Program-made: the position numbers and the translations under genes
Assembly: GCA_963666315.2 (NCBI GenBank)
Contig: CAXXHG010000010.1
Coordinates: 1-64,000 of the forward strand
Length of the DNA stretch: 64,000 nt
Source: Candidatus Binatia bacterium
Lineage (GTDB): Bacteria > Desulfobacterota > Binatia > Bin18
Direction of reading: 5' to 3'
Shown: positions 30,264-39,683 of the stretch, piece after piece
Layout: each line of letters starts with the position of its first letter
Numbering within the stretch: the first letter of the stretch is position 1
Notes under the pieces: generated by a model
Seen by the model: only the letters and a program-made list of their open reading frames with translations
The model's database searches: none
What the model was told of the DNA's origin: nothing

Positions 30264-32179
30264 CGCTGAGGGACATAGTCCTGGGCGAAGACGCCCACGG
30301 TATTGTCGAGGCTGAGCAACGCGACCTGGTAGGCATAGGTTTGGTCAGCCAGCTGGGTGCGCGCCTGACTGAGGGCATTCAGCGAAGTATTAATATCCAG
30401 ACTTGTGGACAGGCCGACGCGGTACTGCTTCGAAGTAATATCGTAGTTCTCCTGGGCTAAGTCCACTTCTTTCTTTAGCGTCTCTAGGGTGATTTGCAGC
30501 GTCTCGACCGTGAGGAGAGCCTCACGCACCTCAACCCGAATTTTTTTCTTCAGCTCGCCCACACGCAGTTTAGCCTGGGATAGATTCTCATTCGCCTCTT
30601 GCAAGTCTATCTCCCGGCTGCCGCCATCGAAGATGGACCAACGCAGGTTGACAAATAAGCTCCAATATTCATCCTGGTCGGCAAAGGTCTCTGGGTCGAG
30701 CCGCGGGTATGCGAACCGTGCATCAACCTGAGGAAAATAGCGGGCGAGGACTATATTCTTCTGCCCTTGTTGCACCTGAATAGCCAGCTTTTGGGCACGC
30801 AAGTCTTGACGCTGGTCGTACGCTCGTTCAAGCAATTGGGCATAGTCTTGTCTGGCGAAAGACGCTACCGCGGGCTCCATAACCCCAACCACCTCGGATA
30901 GTCCAATAGTTCTGGCCAATACGGTCCGGGCGAGTTTGAGACGATTCCGATCTACCACAAGCGCACGCTCAGCCCGCTCGACCGAAACCTCAGCCCGCAA
31001 AACGTCGGTCTTCGTCACCTCGCCGACGCGAAAGCGAGCTTTGGCGCGTCTGAGTTCTTCACGGGCGAGGTTTAATGTGTCCTGAGCAATTTTCACCTGG
31101 GCCCGAAATCGCAAGACTTCATAATAGGCCTGGGCAACTCCGAACAAGACTTCGCGCACTATGAAATCATACCGCTGCTCGCCCTCATGGACGGCATCTT
31201 TGCCTAATCGCCAGGAAGGGAAAAACGAGGGTTCGAAAAGCGGTTGGGTCACACTCAAGGTTGCACGCCAGGTATCTTGAGGACGAATAGACGCAGTCGT
31301 CCCAAAGACCTGTCCTTCTGAACCAAGATCGGACCCCTCTTGAACGAATGAGATCTCATTCTTGTTCCGGGTATACGCCCCTGCAACCTCGCCCCTCGGC
31401 GTCATGAGTGCAATCGCCCGCCAGGGCAGCAGTTGTGCTTTCGCCAGCTCACGTGCGGCAATCGCGACCTGCTCTTCGTTTGCAACGGCAAGCTGGTAGG
31501 CTTCCTCCAGAGGAACTATACGGCTCGGGATCTCTTGGCCAGATTCTTGGGTTGGACGAGAACTGTGTGGGCTGCGCGCCTCAAAGGTGATCTTCAGCGT
31601 CTCCTTGTCCGGTTCAGATTCTGTTTTCGATGCTTGTCGATGCGAGGGGGTGCCGACAGGCGGGGCAGCCTCAGCTGTTGCTACTGGAGTGGCGAGAGAG
31701 GATGTTTCAGGAGAAGATGTTTCAGAATCTGTGGTCGGTACCGTCTCCGCCTTTGGGGTTATTTCAGGCGGTGCAGAGGCTCTCGTCTCTCCTTCGTCTG
31801 CGTCTGCAACTGCAATCTGCAAACGATCGGGATCTGTAAGCACCTCCACGCGGCACGGCTGAGCTGCAGCGAGGTCGAGCACCACGCGCGTGGTGCGTGG
31901 CCGGAACTGTCCTGTGCGCACTTGTTTAATAGATCCAGAGTCTACCACCACATACCGCGGAGTCGTTGTGTCCAGCACGGCTGGAAAAATATCAACGTAA
32001 CACCGATCGCCCAGATTGCGTTGTGAGTCGCTAGGGAGAGCAGCCTGCGTGAATGACGCCGATGCTGACAGGGTAATGATAACCCGGTTTTCCTCAGCAG
32101 ATATTGAACGCACGATGGGCTGAGAGGCTACGGCAAGCGGGGCTGTCAGCAGCACCAAGAGCGCGCACCAAGACTGCAT
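30260..32179 (-). CDS. TolC-family outer membrane factor with N-terminal AMIN domain and Pro/Thr/Ser linker
   Basis: Signal peptide, then RCYVDI..VRTGQF..TRVVLDL (AMIN), then [44 protein letters not shown] (OMF repeats). Start is approximate. Confidence 0.8.
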   Translation of the reverse strand: MQSWCALLVLLTAPLAVASQPIVRSISAEENRVIITLSASASFTQAALPSDSQRNLGDRCYVDIFPAVLDTTTPRYVVVDSGSIKQVRTGQFRPRTTRVVLDLAAAQPCRVEVLTDPDRLQIAVADADEGETRASAPPEITPKAETVPTTDSETSSPETSSLATPVATAEAAPPVGTPSHRQASKTESEPDKETLKITFEARSPHSSRPTQESGQEIPSRIVPLEEAYQLAVANEEQVAIAARELAKAQLLPWRAIALMTPRGEVAGAYTRNKNEISFVQEGSDLGSEGQVFGTTASIRPQDTWRATLSVTQPLFEPSFFPSWRLGKDAVHEGEQRYDFIVREVLFGVAQAYYEVLRFRAQVKIAQDTLNLAREELRRAKARFRVGEVTKTDVLRAEVSVERAERALVVDRNRLKLARTVLARTIGLSEVVGVMEPAVASFARQDYAQLLERAYDQRQDLRAQKLAIQVQQGQKNIVLARYFPQVDARFAYPRLDPETFADQDEYWSLFVNLRWSIFDGGSREIDLQEANENLSQAKLRVGELKKKIRVEVREALLTVETLQITLETLKKEVDLAQENYDITSKQYRVGLSTSLDINTSLNALSQARTQLADQTYAYQVALLSLDNTVGVFAQDYVPQR

Positions 32180-32320
32180 ATACCGACAGGAGGCAGGTAC
32201 GCAGGAGCTATTCCACACGAGATGATCTTTCATCCAGTCAAATTTCACACACTCACAAATGATAAGTAAGCGACTATCCGGAATGCTGATACTGCGCAAC
32301 AGGACATCAGGAGAATACCA

Positions 32321-33025
32321 TCAACGCGGAACCGTATCACCTGCCGGTGGCCTGCCTAAGAGACTGAGCGGGGCAGCAGTATCTGCCGGCGACCCGCCAA
32401 ACAGGCTGAACGGCGTCGATTGCTCTACCGCGGGCGACCAAGGGGTACGCAGGTCTAAGTATTCAAGTGGAGTATTTGTGGGGGGCTGGGACTCGGCGGT
32501 CTCAAGTGCTTGCAACGGTCGAAGAGTTAACGGTGCAAGCGTTCCGCTCACATCAGTCTCACGCTCTCGATCATGATCAAGGCGTTCTACCGTAATGTGC
32601 AGTCGGTCCGGACTGGAGAGTTTTTTCACCTGACAGGGGCGAGCTGCTGCTAAATCGAGGACTATCCTAACGACACCCGGCTGAAACTGGGCCGCCCGAA
32701 CTTGCTGGATATGCTGTGAGTTGACCACATACAAACGCCTGACCGACTGCCCTAACACGGCCGGAGACACATCTATATAGCAACGGTCAGCACGTTGATG
32801 TTCACGGTCCTTCGGCAACGCCGCTTGGGTGAATTCCGACGGCGCAGACAGGCGAACGACCACATGCTCAGCCCCGACATTTACGGCCTGAATCATGGCG
32901 ATGGTTCCGGCGTGGGCCGATGTTGCGTGCAGAACCAGCAGAATCAGGAGTACACACACGAGCCGACCATAAGCACCCCATGCAAAGGAGGCATGCTGGC
33001 GTAATGCTCCAAAATAACGAGACAT
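32321..33025 (-). CDS. Secreted AMIN-domain protein
   Basis: Signal peptide (SAHA), RCYIDV..QVRAAQFQPGVVRIVLDL..PDRL. Paralog of the downstream AMIN domain. Confidence 0.7.
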   Translation of the reverse strand: MSRYFGALRQHASFAWGAYGRLVCVLLILLVLHATSAHAGTIAMIQAVNVGAEHVVVRLSAPSEFTQAALPKDREHQRADRCYIDVSPAVLGQSVRRLYVVNSQHIQQVRAAQFQPGVVRIVLDLAAARPCQVKKLSSPDRLHITVERLDHDRERETDVSGTLAPLTLRPLQALETAESQPPTNTPLEYLDLRTPWSPAVEQSTPFSLFGGSPADTAAPLSLLGRPPAGDTVPR

Positions 33026-33069
33026 TTGAGCCTACACATACCTGCAGGGCTGATACGATAAAAGGAAAA

Positions 33070-33461
33070 GGGGAGGAGATCGGTAAGCCGGATCCTGTTC
33101 CCTCCCCTAACAGGGAAGGGTAACGGTCATTCCTCTAGGCGTGCCGTTACCAACACGCTCAAGCGATCGAACCCAGAGGGAGAGTGAGGCAACTCTTGCC
33201 CGCTCAACGGGCCCCTCTTATTTGATCTTGCTCCGGATGGGGTTTACCCAGCTTCCCTAATCTCTCAGGGACTTGGTGAGCTCTTACCTCACCTTTTCAC
33301 CCTTACCAGCACGACAGACTCTGTCTGTCGTCGGCGGTCTCTTTTCTGTGGCACTTTCCCTGCCTCGCGACAAGCTGCCGTTAGCAGCCATCCTGCCCCA
33401 AGGAGTCCGGACTTTCCTCGATCCTGCTTACGCAGGACCGCGACCGTTTAATCTCCTCCCC
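33070..33461 (-). ncRNA. rnpB: RNase P RNA (type A)
   Basis: Minus strand has GAGGAAAGTCCGGACT, AGTGCCACAGAAA, GGTAAACCCC, GAGCAAG, ACAGGATCCGGCTTA. P1 termini GGGGAGGAGAT/ATCTCCTCCCC pair. Confidence 0.95.
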
Positions 33462-34216
33462 TAACCTGAGGCCCCCGAGACCTCTTCTGCCTCCAAACGG
33501 CGATAGAGAATCCGTCCACAAGTCGGCTGGGGACAGTAAAAAATCGCTCCATCTCCCCGCATTTGGCTACTCTGGATCTGGTTACACATATGCGGAGGGA
33601 CGGTCATATAACAGCCTTGGCATATACCGTCACGCACTTCCACCACGGCCAAACCACCACGATTGCCGAAAATCCGTTCGTAGCGCACGCAGAGACTCAC
33701 ATCCAGGTCAGCGGCGAGCTGGTCGCGCTTTTTCCGCTCGACCAGGGAGTCTTCTTCCAGGGTCGCTATTTGTGATTCTACGTTCGTCGTTTCTTGCGTA
33801 AGCTGCGCTTGCAGCTCCTGTATGCGCGCCTGGATGTCGGTCTGTTGTTGACCTTCTTCTTCGAGCTGTTCCAGCACGTTTATGATATTCTCTTCCAACT
33901 GGCCGTTGGACTCTTTCATCAGCTCAATCTCTCGTTGCAGTACGAGGAGTTCGCGTTCATTCCGAACACGATTCAGCCGCACTCGCTTTTCTTTAATTTT
34001 CTCTTCTTCTAGTTTGAGCTGCCCATCTGCCTCGCGGCGTTGGCTTTCCAGTGTGTCTATACGCTGTTGACGTTCCTCGGCCTCTCCTTCCCGAACCTCT
34101 TTTTCTGCCACAATGACGGCAACCTGCTGATGGAGTTCCTCTAGTTGTTGTTCTTTGCGCTGAAGGCGCTGATCAAGCTCTTGTAGGCTGACCAGCTGGG
34201 TGATCTGCGTGGCCAA
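33461..34216 (-). CDS. Coiled-coil C4 zinc-ribbon protein (CT398/DUF164-like)
   Basis: LQELD start, long coiled coil, CQGC...CPQPTCGRIL. Typical rnpB neighbour. Confidence 0.85.
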   Translation of the reverse strand: MATQITQLVSLQELDQRLQRKEQQLEELHQQVAVIVAEKEVREGEAEERQQRIDTLESQRREADGQLKLEEEKIKEKRVRLNRVRNERELLVLQREIELMKESNGQLEENIINVLEQLEEEGQQQTDIQARIQELQAQLTQETTNVESQIATLEEDSLVERKKRDQLAADLDVSLCVRYERIFGNRGGLAVVEVRDGICQGCYMTVPPHMCNQIQSSQMRGDGAIFYCPQPTCGRILYRRLEAEEVSGASG

Positions 34217-34273
34217 CGACGACCTCCTTTCGCATCCAGTTTCCGCTCAGAGACGGAGTTCTATTGTCATAAG

Positions 34274-34347
34274 TGGGCCCACCAGGACTCGAACCTGGGA
34301 CCAACCGGTTATGAGCCGGTCGCTCTAACCAACTGAGCTATGGGCCC
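34274..34347 (-). tRNA. tRNA with CAT anticodon, probably tRNA-Ile2 (CCA not encoded)
   Basis: GGGCCCATAGCTCAGTTGGTTAGAGCGACCGGCTCATAACCGGTTGGTCCCAGGTTCGAGTCCTGGTGGGCCCA forms a cloverleaf and lacks initiator features. Confidence 0.92.
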
Positions 34348-34397
34348 ATCCTCCCTGTCTCAGCGGACATTGGTATACCATGCTCCCGGTATTTTTC

Positions 34398-36197
34398 CTA
34401 CAACCTCCCTAACTCATGAAGTGTCTGGAGCCGACGGCGCACTCCAGCTTCATCTCCCCGCTGCTCCGCCTCGCGAATTTCCCGCTGCAGGAGAACCCGT
34501 TCCGATTTTCGTTGGACGTGCTGGATCTTTTCAATGCAATCCCACATCAGCTGTTCTTGTACCGCCTGGGCCTCATCCGACTCTTCTTCCAGCATCATTT
34601 TTGAGACGCGATCCGCCATGGCTTTCGGTAAAAGGTCCAAAAATGTTCCCACATCAATGCTTCCTGAGCCTTCGTGCTGCTGCCATGCAGCAGCAACATC
34701 CGCAGCCAGCTCAGCCCACTCTTGAAACACGGGAATAAGATCCCGTTCGACCACACAAGAGACCACCTGAGAGTTAACCAGCATAAGCTGGAGTAATTCG
34801 GCTTCAGCCGAGGAACGGTAACCATGCTGCACAGGCGGCGGTTGGACAGGAGAACGCTCCCCACGGTCTCCGACCCTGCCTGGCCGGGCTCGGGCTCTGC
34901 CTGGCCGGATACGACGGAGTTCTTCCTCGTTCACCCCAAAGCGCTGGGCAACCTGGGTGAGCAGGGCTCCTCGGGTTAAGGTGTCCGTCATCGGTTCTAA
35001 AACAGCCACCGCCTCTTTTGCCGCTTGGGCACGCTGAAAAGCCGAGGCCCCAGGGGCCGGAGCATGTTGTGCAAAATAAAATTCCTCAAGGGGTGGGGCC
35101 GTGTCGATCAGTTCGTGGAGACCTTCTTCTCCATGCGCTTGCCCAAAGGAATCCGGATCTTCGCCTTGGGGCAAGAAAATGCCTTTCCCTGTTAATCCGG
35201 ATTCGACGCACAGCGGAAAGGCCCGCGTTGCAGCTCGGCGGCCGGCCTCATCGCCATCGAAAAAGATATATATGTCAGTCGTGAAGCGTTTGAGCAGCTT
35301 CAATTGCCCAAGCGTGAGTGCGGTTCCCAGCACGGCAACCGTCTCGGTAAAACCGCGTTGCACCAGCGAGAGCAGGTCCGTATACCCCTCCACAATGAGC
35401 ACTCGGCCTTTGTCCCGAATCGTCTCTTTGGCTTGATACAGACCATACAAAAGGGAACCTTTTTTATACAACGCCGAATCCGGTGAATTGAGGTATTTGG
35501 GGAATGTCCGCGTTCCCGCTGGGTTCGGTTGAGAAGACGGAATCAGTCGGCCGCCAAATCCCACTGGCCGACCCCTCACATCAGTGATGGGAAACATAAT
35601 CCGATGTCGAAATTTATCGTACCAGCCGCCGCCCTCCCGCTCGCCGATAAGGCCCAGCGAGGCAGCCTCAGCCAGAGGCGCCCGCTGCGCGGACAGAAAA
35701 CGCACCAGTCCCTCACGTCCCGCAGGGGCATAGCCAAGCTGGAACCGCTCGGCGACTTCCGCCTTGAGGCCGCGCTCTTCCATATAGCGCCGTGCCCCCA
35801 CCCCAGCGTTGCCGAGTAGACAGTGGCGGAAATAGGTTTTAGTCAACAGATTGAGACGGTACAGCCGTGCCTGCTCTCGGGCGTGTGGATCATCGGCAGC
35901 TTGAGGCAGGACAACGCCCACTTTTGGCGCCAGCTGTCTCACTGCCTCGGGAAAGGAGATTCCCTCAAGACGGCACAGAAACGTGAAGGCATTTCCGCCG
36001 ACCCCGCAGCCAAAACAGTGAAAAAACCCGCGCTCTTCGTTCACGCTAAACGAAGGCGTCTTCTCTTCATGAAAAGGACACAGTCCCGTATAGTTCTTGC
36101 CTGCTTTTCGGAGGGTGACATAGGCCGAAATCACCTCGACGATGCTCGTGCGAGTGCGAATCTCGTTGAGGGTGTCCTCAGATATTCTGGGTGCCAT
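34398..36197 (-). CDS. dnaG: DNA primase
   Basis: CPFHEEKTPSF, CFGCG, KYLNSP, VEGYTD, FDGDEAG, DPD. Confidence 0.96.
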   Translation of the reverse strand: MAPRISEDTLNEIRTRTSIVEVISAYVTLRKAGKNYTGLCPFHEEKTPSFSVNEERGFFHCFGCGVGGNAFTFLCRLEGISFPEAVRQLAPKVGVVLPQAADDPHAREQARLYRLNLLTKTYFRHCLLGNAGVGARRYMEERGLKAEVAERFQLGYAPAGREGLVRFLSAQRAPLAEAASLGLIGEREGGGWYDKFRHRIMFPITDVRGRPVGFGGRLIPSSQPNPAGTRTFPKYLNSPDSALYKKGSLLYGLYQAKETIRDKGRVLIVEGYTDLLSLVQRGFTETVAVLGTALTLGQLKLLKRFTTDIYIFFDGDEAGRRAATRAFPLCVESGLTGKGIFLPQGEDPDSFGQAHGEEGLHELIDTAPPLEEFYFAQHAPAPGASAFQRAQAAKEAVAVLEPMTDTLTRGALLTQVAQRFGVNEEELRRIRPGRARARPGRVGDRGERSPVQPPPVQHGYRSSAEAELLQLMLVNSQVVSCVVERDLIPVFQEWAELAADVAAAWQQHEGSGSIDVGTFLDLLPKAMADRVSKMMLEEESDEAQAVQEQLMWDCIEKIQHVQRKSERVLLQREIREAEQRGDEAGVRRRLQTLHELGRL

Positions 36198-36244
36198 ACC
36201 CGTAGTCAGCCCGCCCGCTCGAGGCAGGGTACTCTCGACTGTGT

Positions 36245-36278
36245 AAAAGAAAACACCCACCTCAGAGAGGTGGGTGTT
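36245..36278 (-). terminator. Rho-independent terminator between rpsU and dnaG
   Basis: AACACCCACCTC-TCT-GAGGTGGGTGTT followed by TTCTTTT. Confidence 0.8.
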
Positions 36279-36323
36279 AGTACATGAACGATCATCAATT
36301 AGGCACGAGTAACCAGCATTGCT

Positions 36324-36521
36324 CTAATACGTTGATCGGCTTGCTCGTCGCAAAGCACGTTTTCTCGCGGCAATTGCTTTTCGTTTGCGCCGCACACTCG
36401 GCTTTTCAAAGTGTTCACGTTTTTTCAGCTCTTGCAGGATACCCGCTTTTTCGCACTGTTTTTTGAAGCGGCGGATGGCACTTTCAATAGGCTCGTTATC
36501 TTTGACACGTATACCTGCCAT
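36324..36521 (-). CDS. rpsU: 30S ribosomal protein S21
   Basis: [27 protein letters not shown]. Confidence 0.97.
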   Translation of the reverse strand: MAGIRVKDNEPIESAIRRFKKQCEKAGILQELKKREHFEKPSVRRKRKAIAARKRALRRASRSTY

Positions 36522-36688
36522 GCAGTTCTTTCACCCCCTCCCAACTGGGGATTCCCTGAGGTCACCTTGTTGTTCAGCTTAGGGATTTCCCTCAGAAAGT
36601 CAAGGTATTGGCCAACTTCCGGCCTTGACAGGGAAACCGTCCCTAGGCTAAGCAGGCCCAAGAGACATACCACAAGGAGGCCGTATTC

Positions 36689-37474
36689 ATGGAGTTCAAA
36701 GAAGTCATAGGCCGACGCCGTTCGATTCGTTACTTCCTCCCGTACCGTCCGGTTGAACGAGAAAAAATTCAAACCATTATGGAAGCGACCCGTTTGTCGT
36801 CCTGCGCGGTCAATGCGTCTTTTCTGCGTGCCATTATCGTAGAGCGAGACAAACTCTCCCCAGAGGACCTAGAGTCACTCAAGGTCCCGACAACCACACT
36901 GCAACTCGACATGGCTCCCGTGCATATTTATTTCTACGGCAACCTGAACGCTATTCAGGAAAGCCACGGGCAAACCTTAAAAGAACTCTTTGATGTGGGC
37001 GCGCTCAATCCGACTCATGGCTGGAGTTATAAGTTCATCGAAGAGACGGTCTGGGCGCAGGTTTTGGAACCCATCTCCAAAGATCCGAATATCAACCCAC
37101 TCGCGGTTTCCATGGACTGCGGGGTCGCCATGAATCAGGCCCTGCTGACGGCTTTTGATGAAGGGCTGGGCGCACTGCTCACCGCGTTTAACGGGGCCAA
37201 GGCAAAAGAGGTCTTCAAAGTACCCGACCATTATATGCCGCTCTACGCCATGCTCCTCGGCTATCCCGCGGAGTCCTGGGAGGCGGGCGGACAACGTCCG
37301 CGGCCTCCGCTTGAGAGCCTGTATTTCGAGGGGGAATATGGGGTACCCATGAAGCGAGATCCGGAAGTGGTTGAAAAACTCAAACAGGACAAGATGCTCC
37401 AGGAGCCGGCACCGCTGCCGTGGCGTAAAGATGAAGTCCGGGCGCTGTCTCGGATGTTTGGTCTGCCTGAGTAA
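36689..37474 (+). CDS. Nitroreductase family protein
   Basis: RRRSIRYF, DCGVAMNQALLTAFDEGLG, LLGYP. AGGAGG RBS. Confidence 0.85.
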   Translation: MEFKEVIGRRRSIRYFLPYRPVEREKIQTIMEATRLSSCAVNASFLRAIIVERDKLSPEDLESLKVPTTTLQLDMAPVHIYFYGNLNAIQESHGQTLKELFDVGALNPTHGWSYKFIEETVWAQVLEPISKDPNINPLAVSMDCGVAMNQALLTAFDEGLGALLTAFNGAKAKEVFKVPDHYMPLYAMLLGYPAESWEAGGQRPRPPLESLYFEGEYGVPMKRDPEVVEKLKQDKMLQEPAPLPWRKDEVRALSRMFGLPE

Positions 37475-37540
37475 GGATTGCGTACAGGGCCGTACAGGGT
37501 AGTAAATCCGGCCCTGTAGGGCCTCAGAAAGAGGTATTCT

Positions 37541-39598
37541 ACGCAAACGCCAGCTTCGTCTTTCCTCTTCCATATACGAGAGCAGCTTGACCGTTTCCAA
37601 CCGTTTTCCATCATAGCCCAGGCCTGTGCTGTCGGCCTCATCACAGGCGGCGGGGCTATCCTGTATGATGGTCTGATTCATCTCGTACAGTGGCTGGCCC
37701 TGACCTCACAAGATCACCCCCTGCACGTTCTACACGATCTCCCCTGGTATCAAATTCTTCTCGCACCCGCGCTGGGTGGGCTGGCTGTCGGCCTGGTAGC
37801 GTTCTTTCGTTCGCAGGATGCCACAGGGCATGGGGTGCCGGAAGTCATTGAGTCGGTTGCGCTCGGGAATGACAAGTTTCGTTGGCAGACCGCGCTGACG
37901 AAATCGATTTCCTCTGCCCTCACCATTGGTTCCGGGGGTTCAGTCGGACGCGAAGGACCCATAGTCCACATTGGGGCCTCGCCGGGTTCGGTGCTCGGAC
38001 AAATGCTCCGCGTTCCGCCCAATCGGCTCCCCGCTCTCGCCGGCTGCGGCGTTGCAGGCGGTATCGCCGCCGTTTTTAACGCCCCTATAGCTGGAGCTTT
38101 TTTTGCCCTTGAGGTCGTCATTGGAAATTTTGCCATGCCCGCCTTTGGGCCCGTCATGCTGTCCTCTGTCCTCGCTTCCGTTGTGAGCCCATCGTATTTC
38201 GGCGACCATCCGGCTTTTGTTGTGCCGGCCTATAACCTCCTCAGCGCCTGGGAGCTGCCCTTCTATCTCGGACTCGGCATTGTGTGTGGCTTGGGCGGAC
38301 TCGTCTTTATGTTCGTGCTGGATAGCATAGAAAAAGCAGCTGCAAAAGTCGCGCTCCCGGATACGATCAAACCCGCTGTGGGTGGATTGCTCGTCCGCGG
38401 CATGATTCTCCTTGCCCCGCATGTCTGTGGCACGGGCCACCAGACTATGGATACCATTCTGCGCGGCGGACTGACGTGGTTGTACCTACTCTTACTTTTC
38501 CCGCTCAAGATGTGCGCAACCAGTTTGACCCTGGCCTCAGGCGGATCGGGCGGACTTTTTGTACCCGCCCTGTCTCTCGGCGCGGTATTAGGCAGCCTGG
38601 TCGGTATGGGCAGCGGCGCGCTCTTCCCATCGCTTGCGGGTCCGAGCGGGGGCTATGCGCTTGCCGGCATGGCTGCCTTTTTAGCCGGTGTCGTCCACTG
38701 TCCGATTACGGCCTTGCTGCTGCTGTTTGAAATCACCGCCGGCTACTACATCATCTTGCCCCGTATGGTCAGTTGCACGGTGAGCACCTTGGTGGCCAAA
38801 CTCTTTCGCCAAGAGTCGATCTATACCCTGCAGCTCCTCCGCCGGGGGATTGATATTCGGCGCCGGGATTAGACGCTTATGCAAGGCTACACGGTGAGAC
38901 AGGTTATGCAGCGCGATGTACCAACCTTTCGCGCAGAGACACCGTTTCCGACGATTATGGATCATTTTCTTGCCAGTACCCTGCCGCTGAGCTTTGTCAT
39001 TAATGAGCATCGCCACCTTGTCGGGGTCATCTCCATTCACGACGTCAAGTCAACACTGCAGGACGACCACCTGGGCCCTCTCGTGGTCGCGGCTGACTTG
39101 GCTCAGCCCCCGGATACAACAACCCGGCCGGAAGAGACCCTTGCCCGCTGTCTTGAAAAGTTCGCGCTGAGTGAACAAGAATACCTACCCGTGCTCTCAC
39201 CCGACCAACAGTTGGCAGGCGTGATCTCACAGCGAGACGTATTGGACGTGTACAACCGAGAGATCCTACGCCATGAATATCTCGGAGTGAGTCTCCGTTC
39301 AGAATCAATCGCTGAGACGGTTCACGAGCAGGTCCGTCTCCCGCATGACTATACAGTAGAGATAGTCCAGATTCCGGCTCATCTGATCGGGAAAACCCGG
39401 CGCGAGTCGCAGCTCCGGAATCGGTTTCACCTCACAGCTATAGCCATACGGCGGGGAGGATTTCACTGTCCGGATGAATTGCCGGACCCAAACAGTCCGT
39501 TTCACCAGGAAGACTATTTAGTGTTAGTAGGCCGCGCAGAACACTTGCGCCGATTGACAGACGTACCAGAGGAACAGATCGACGAGACCGGGTCGTAG
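37541..39598 (+). pseudogene. ClC chloride channel-CBS-RCK_C paralog, decayed (ACG start, internal TAG at 38870-38872)
   Basis: Frame is open from ACG at 37541 behind an AGAGGT RBS. GHGVPE, GREGP and FNAPIAG motifs. RRRD*TLM aligns with GREETVM of the paralog. Confidence 0.8.
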
Positions 39599-39683
39599 CC
39601 GTATATTGGGCCGACCCGCATCGAAGAGGAAATGGGCAGCCATCCCGAGGCTCGAGGAGTCCTAGACTCGCCCCTATGTAACA

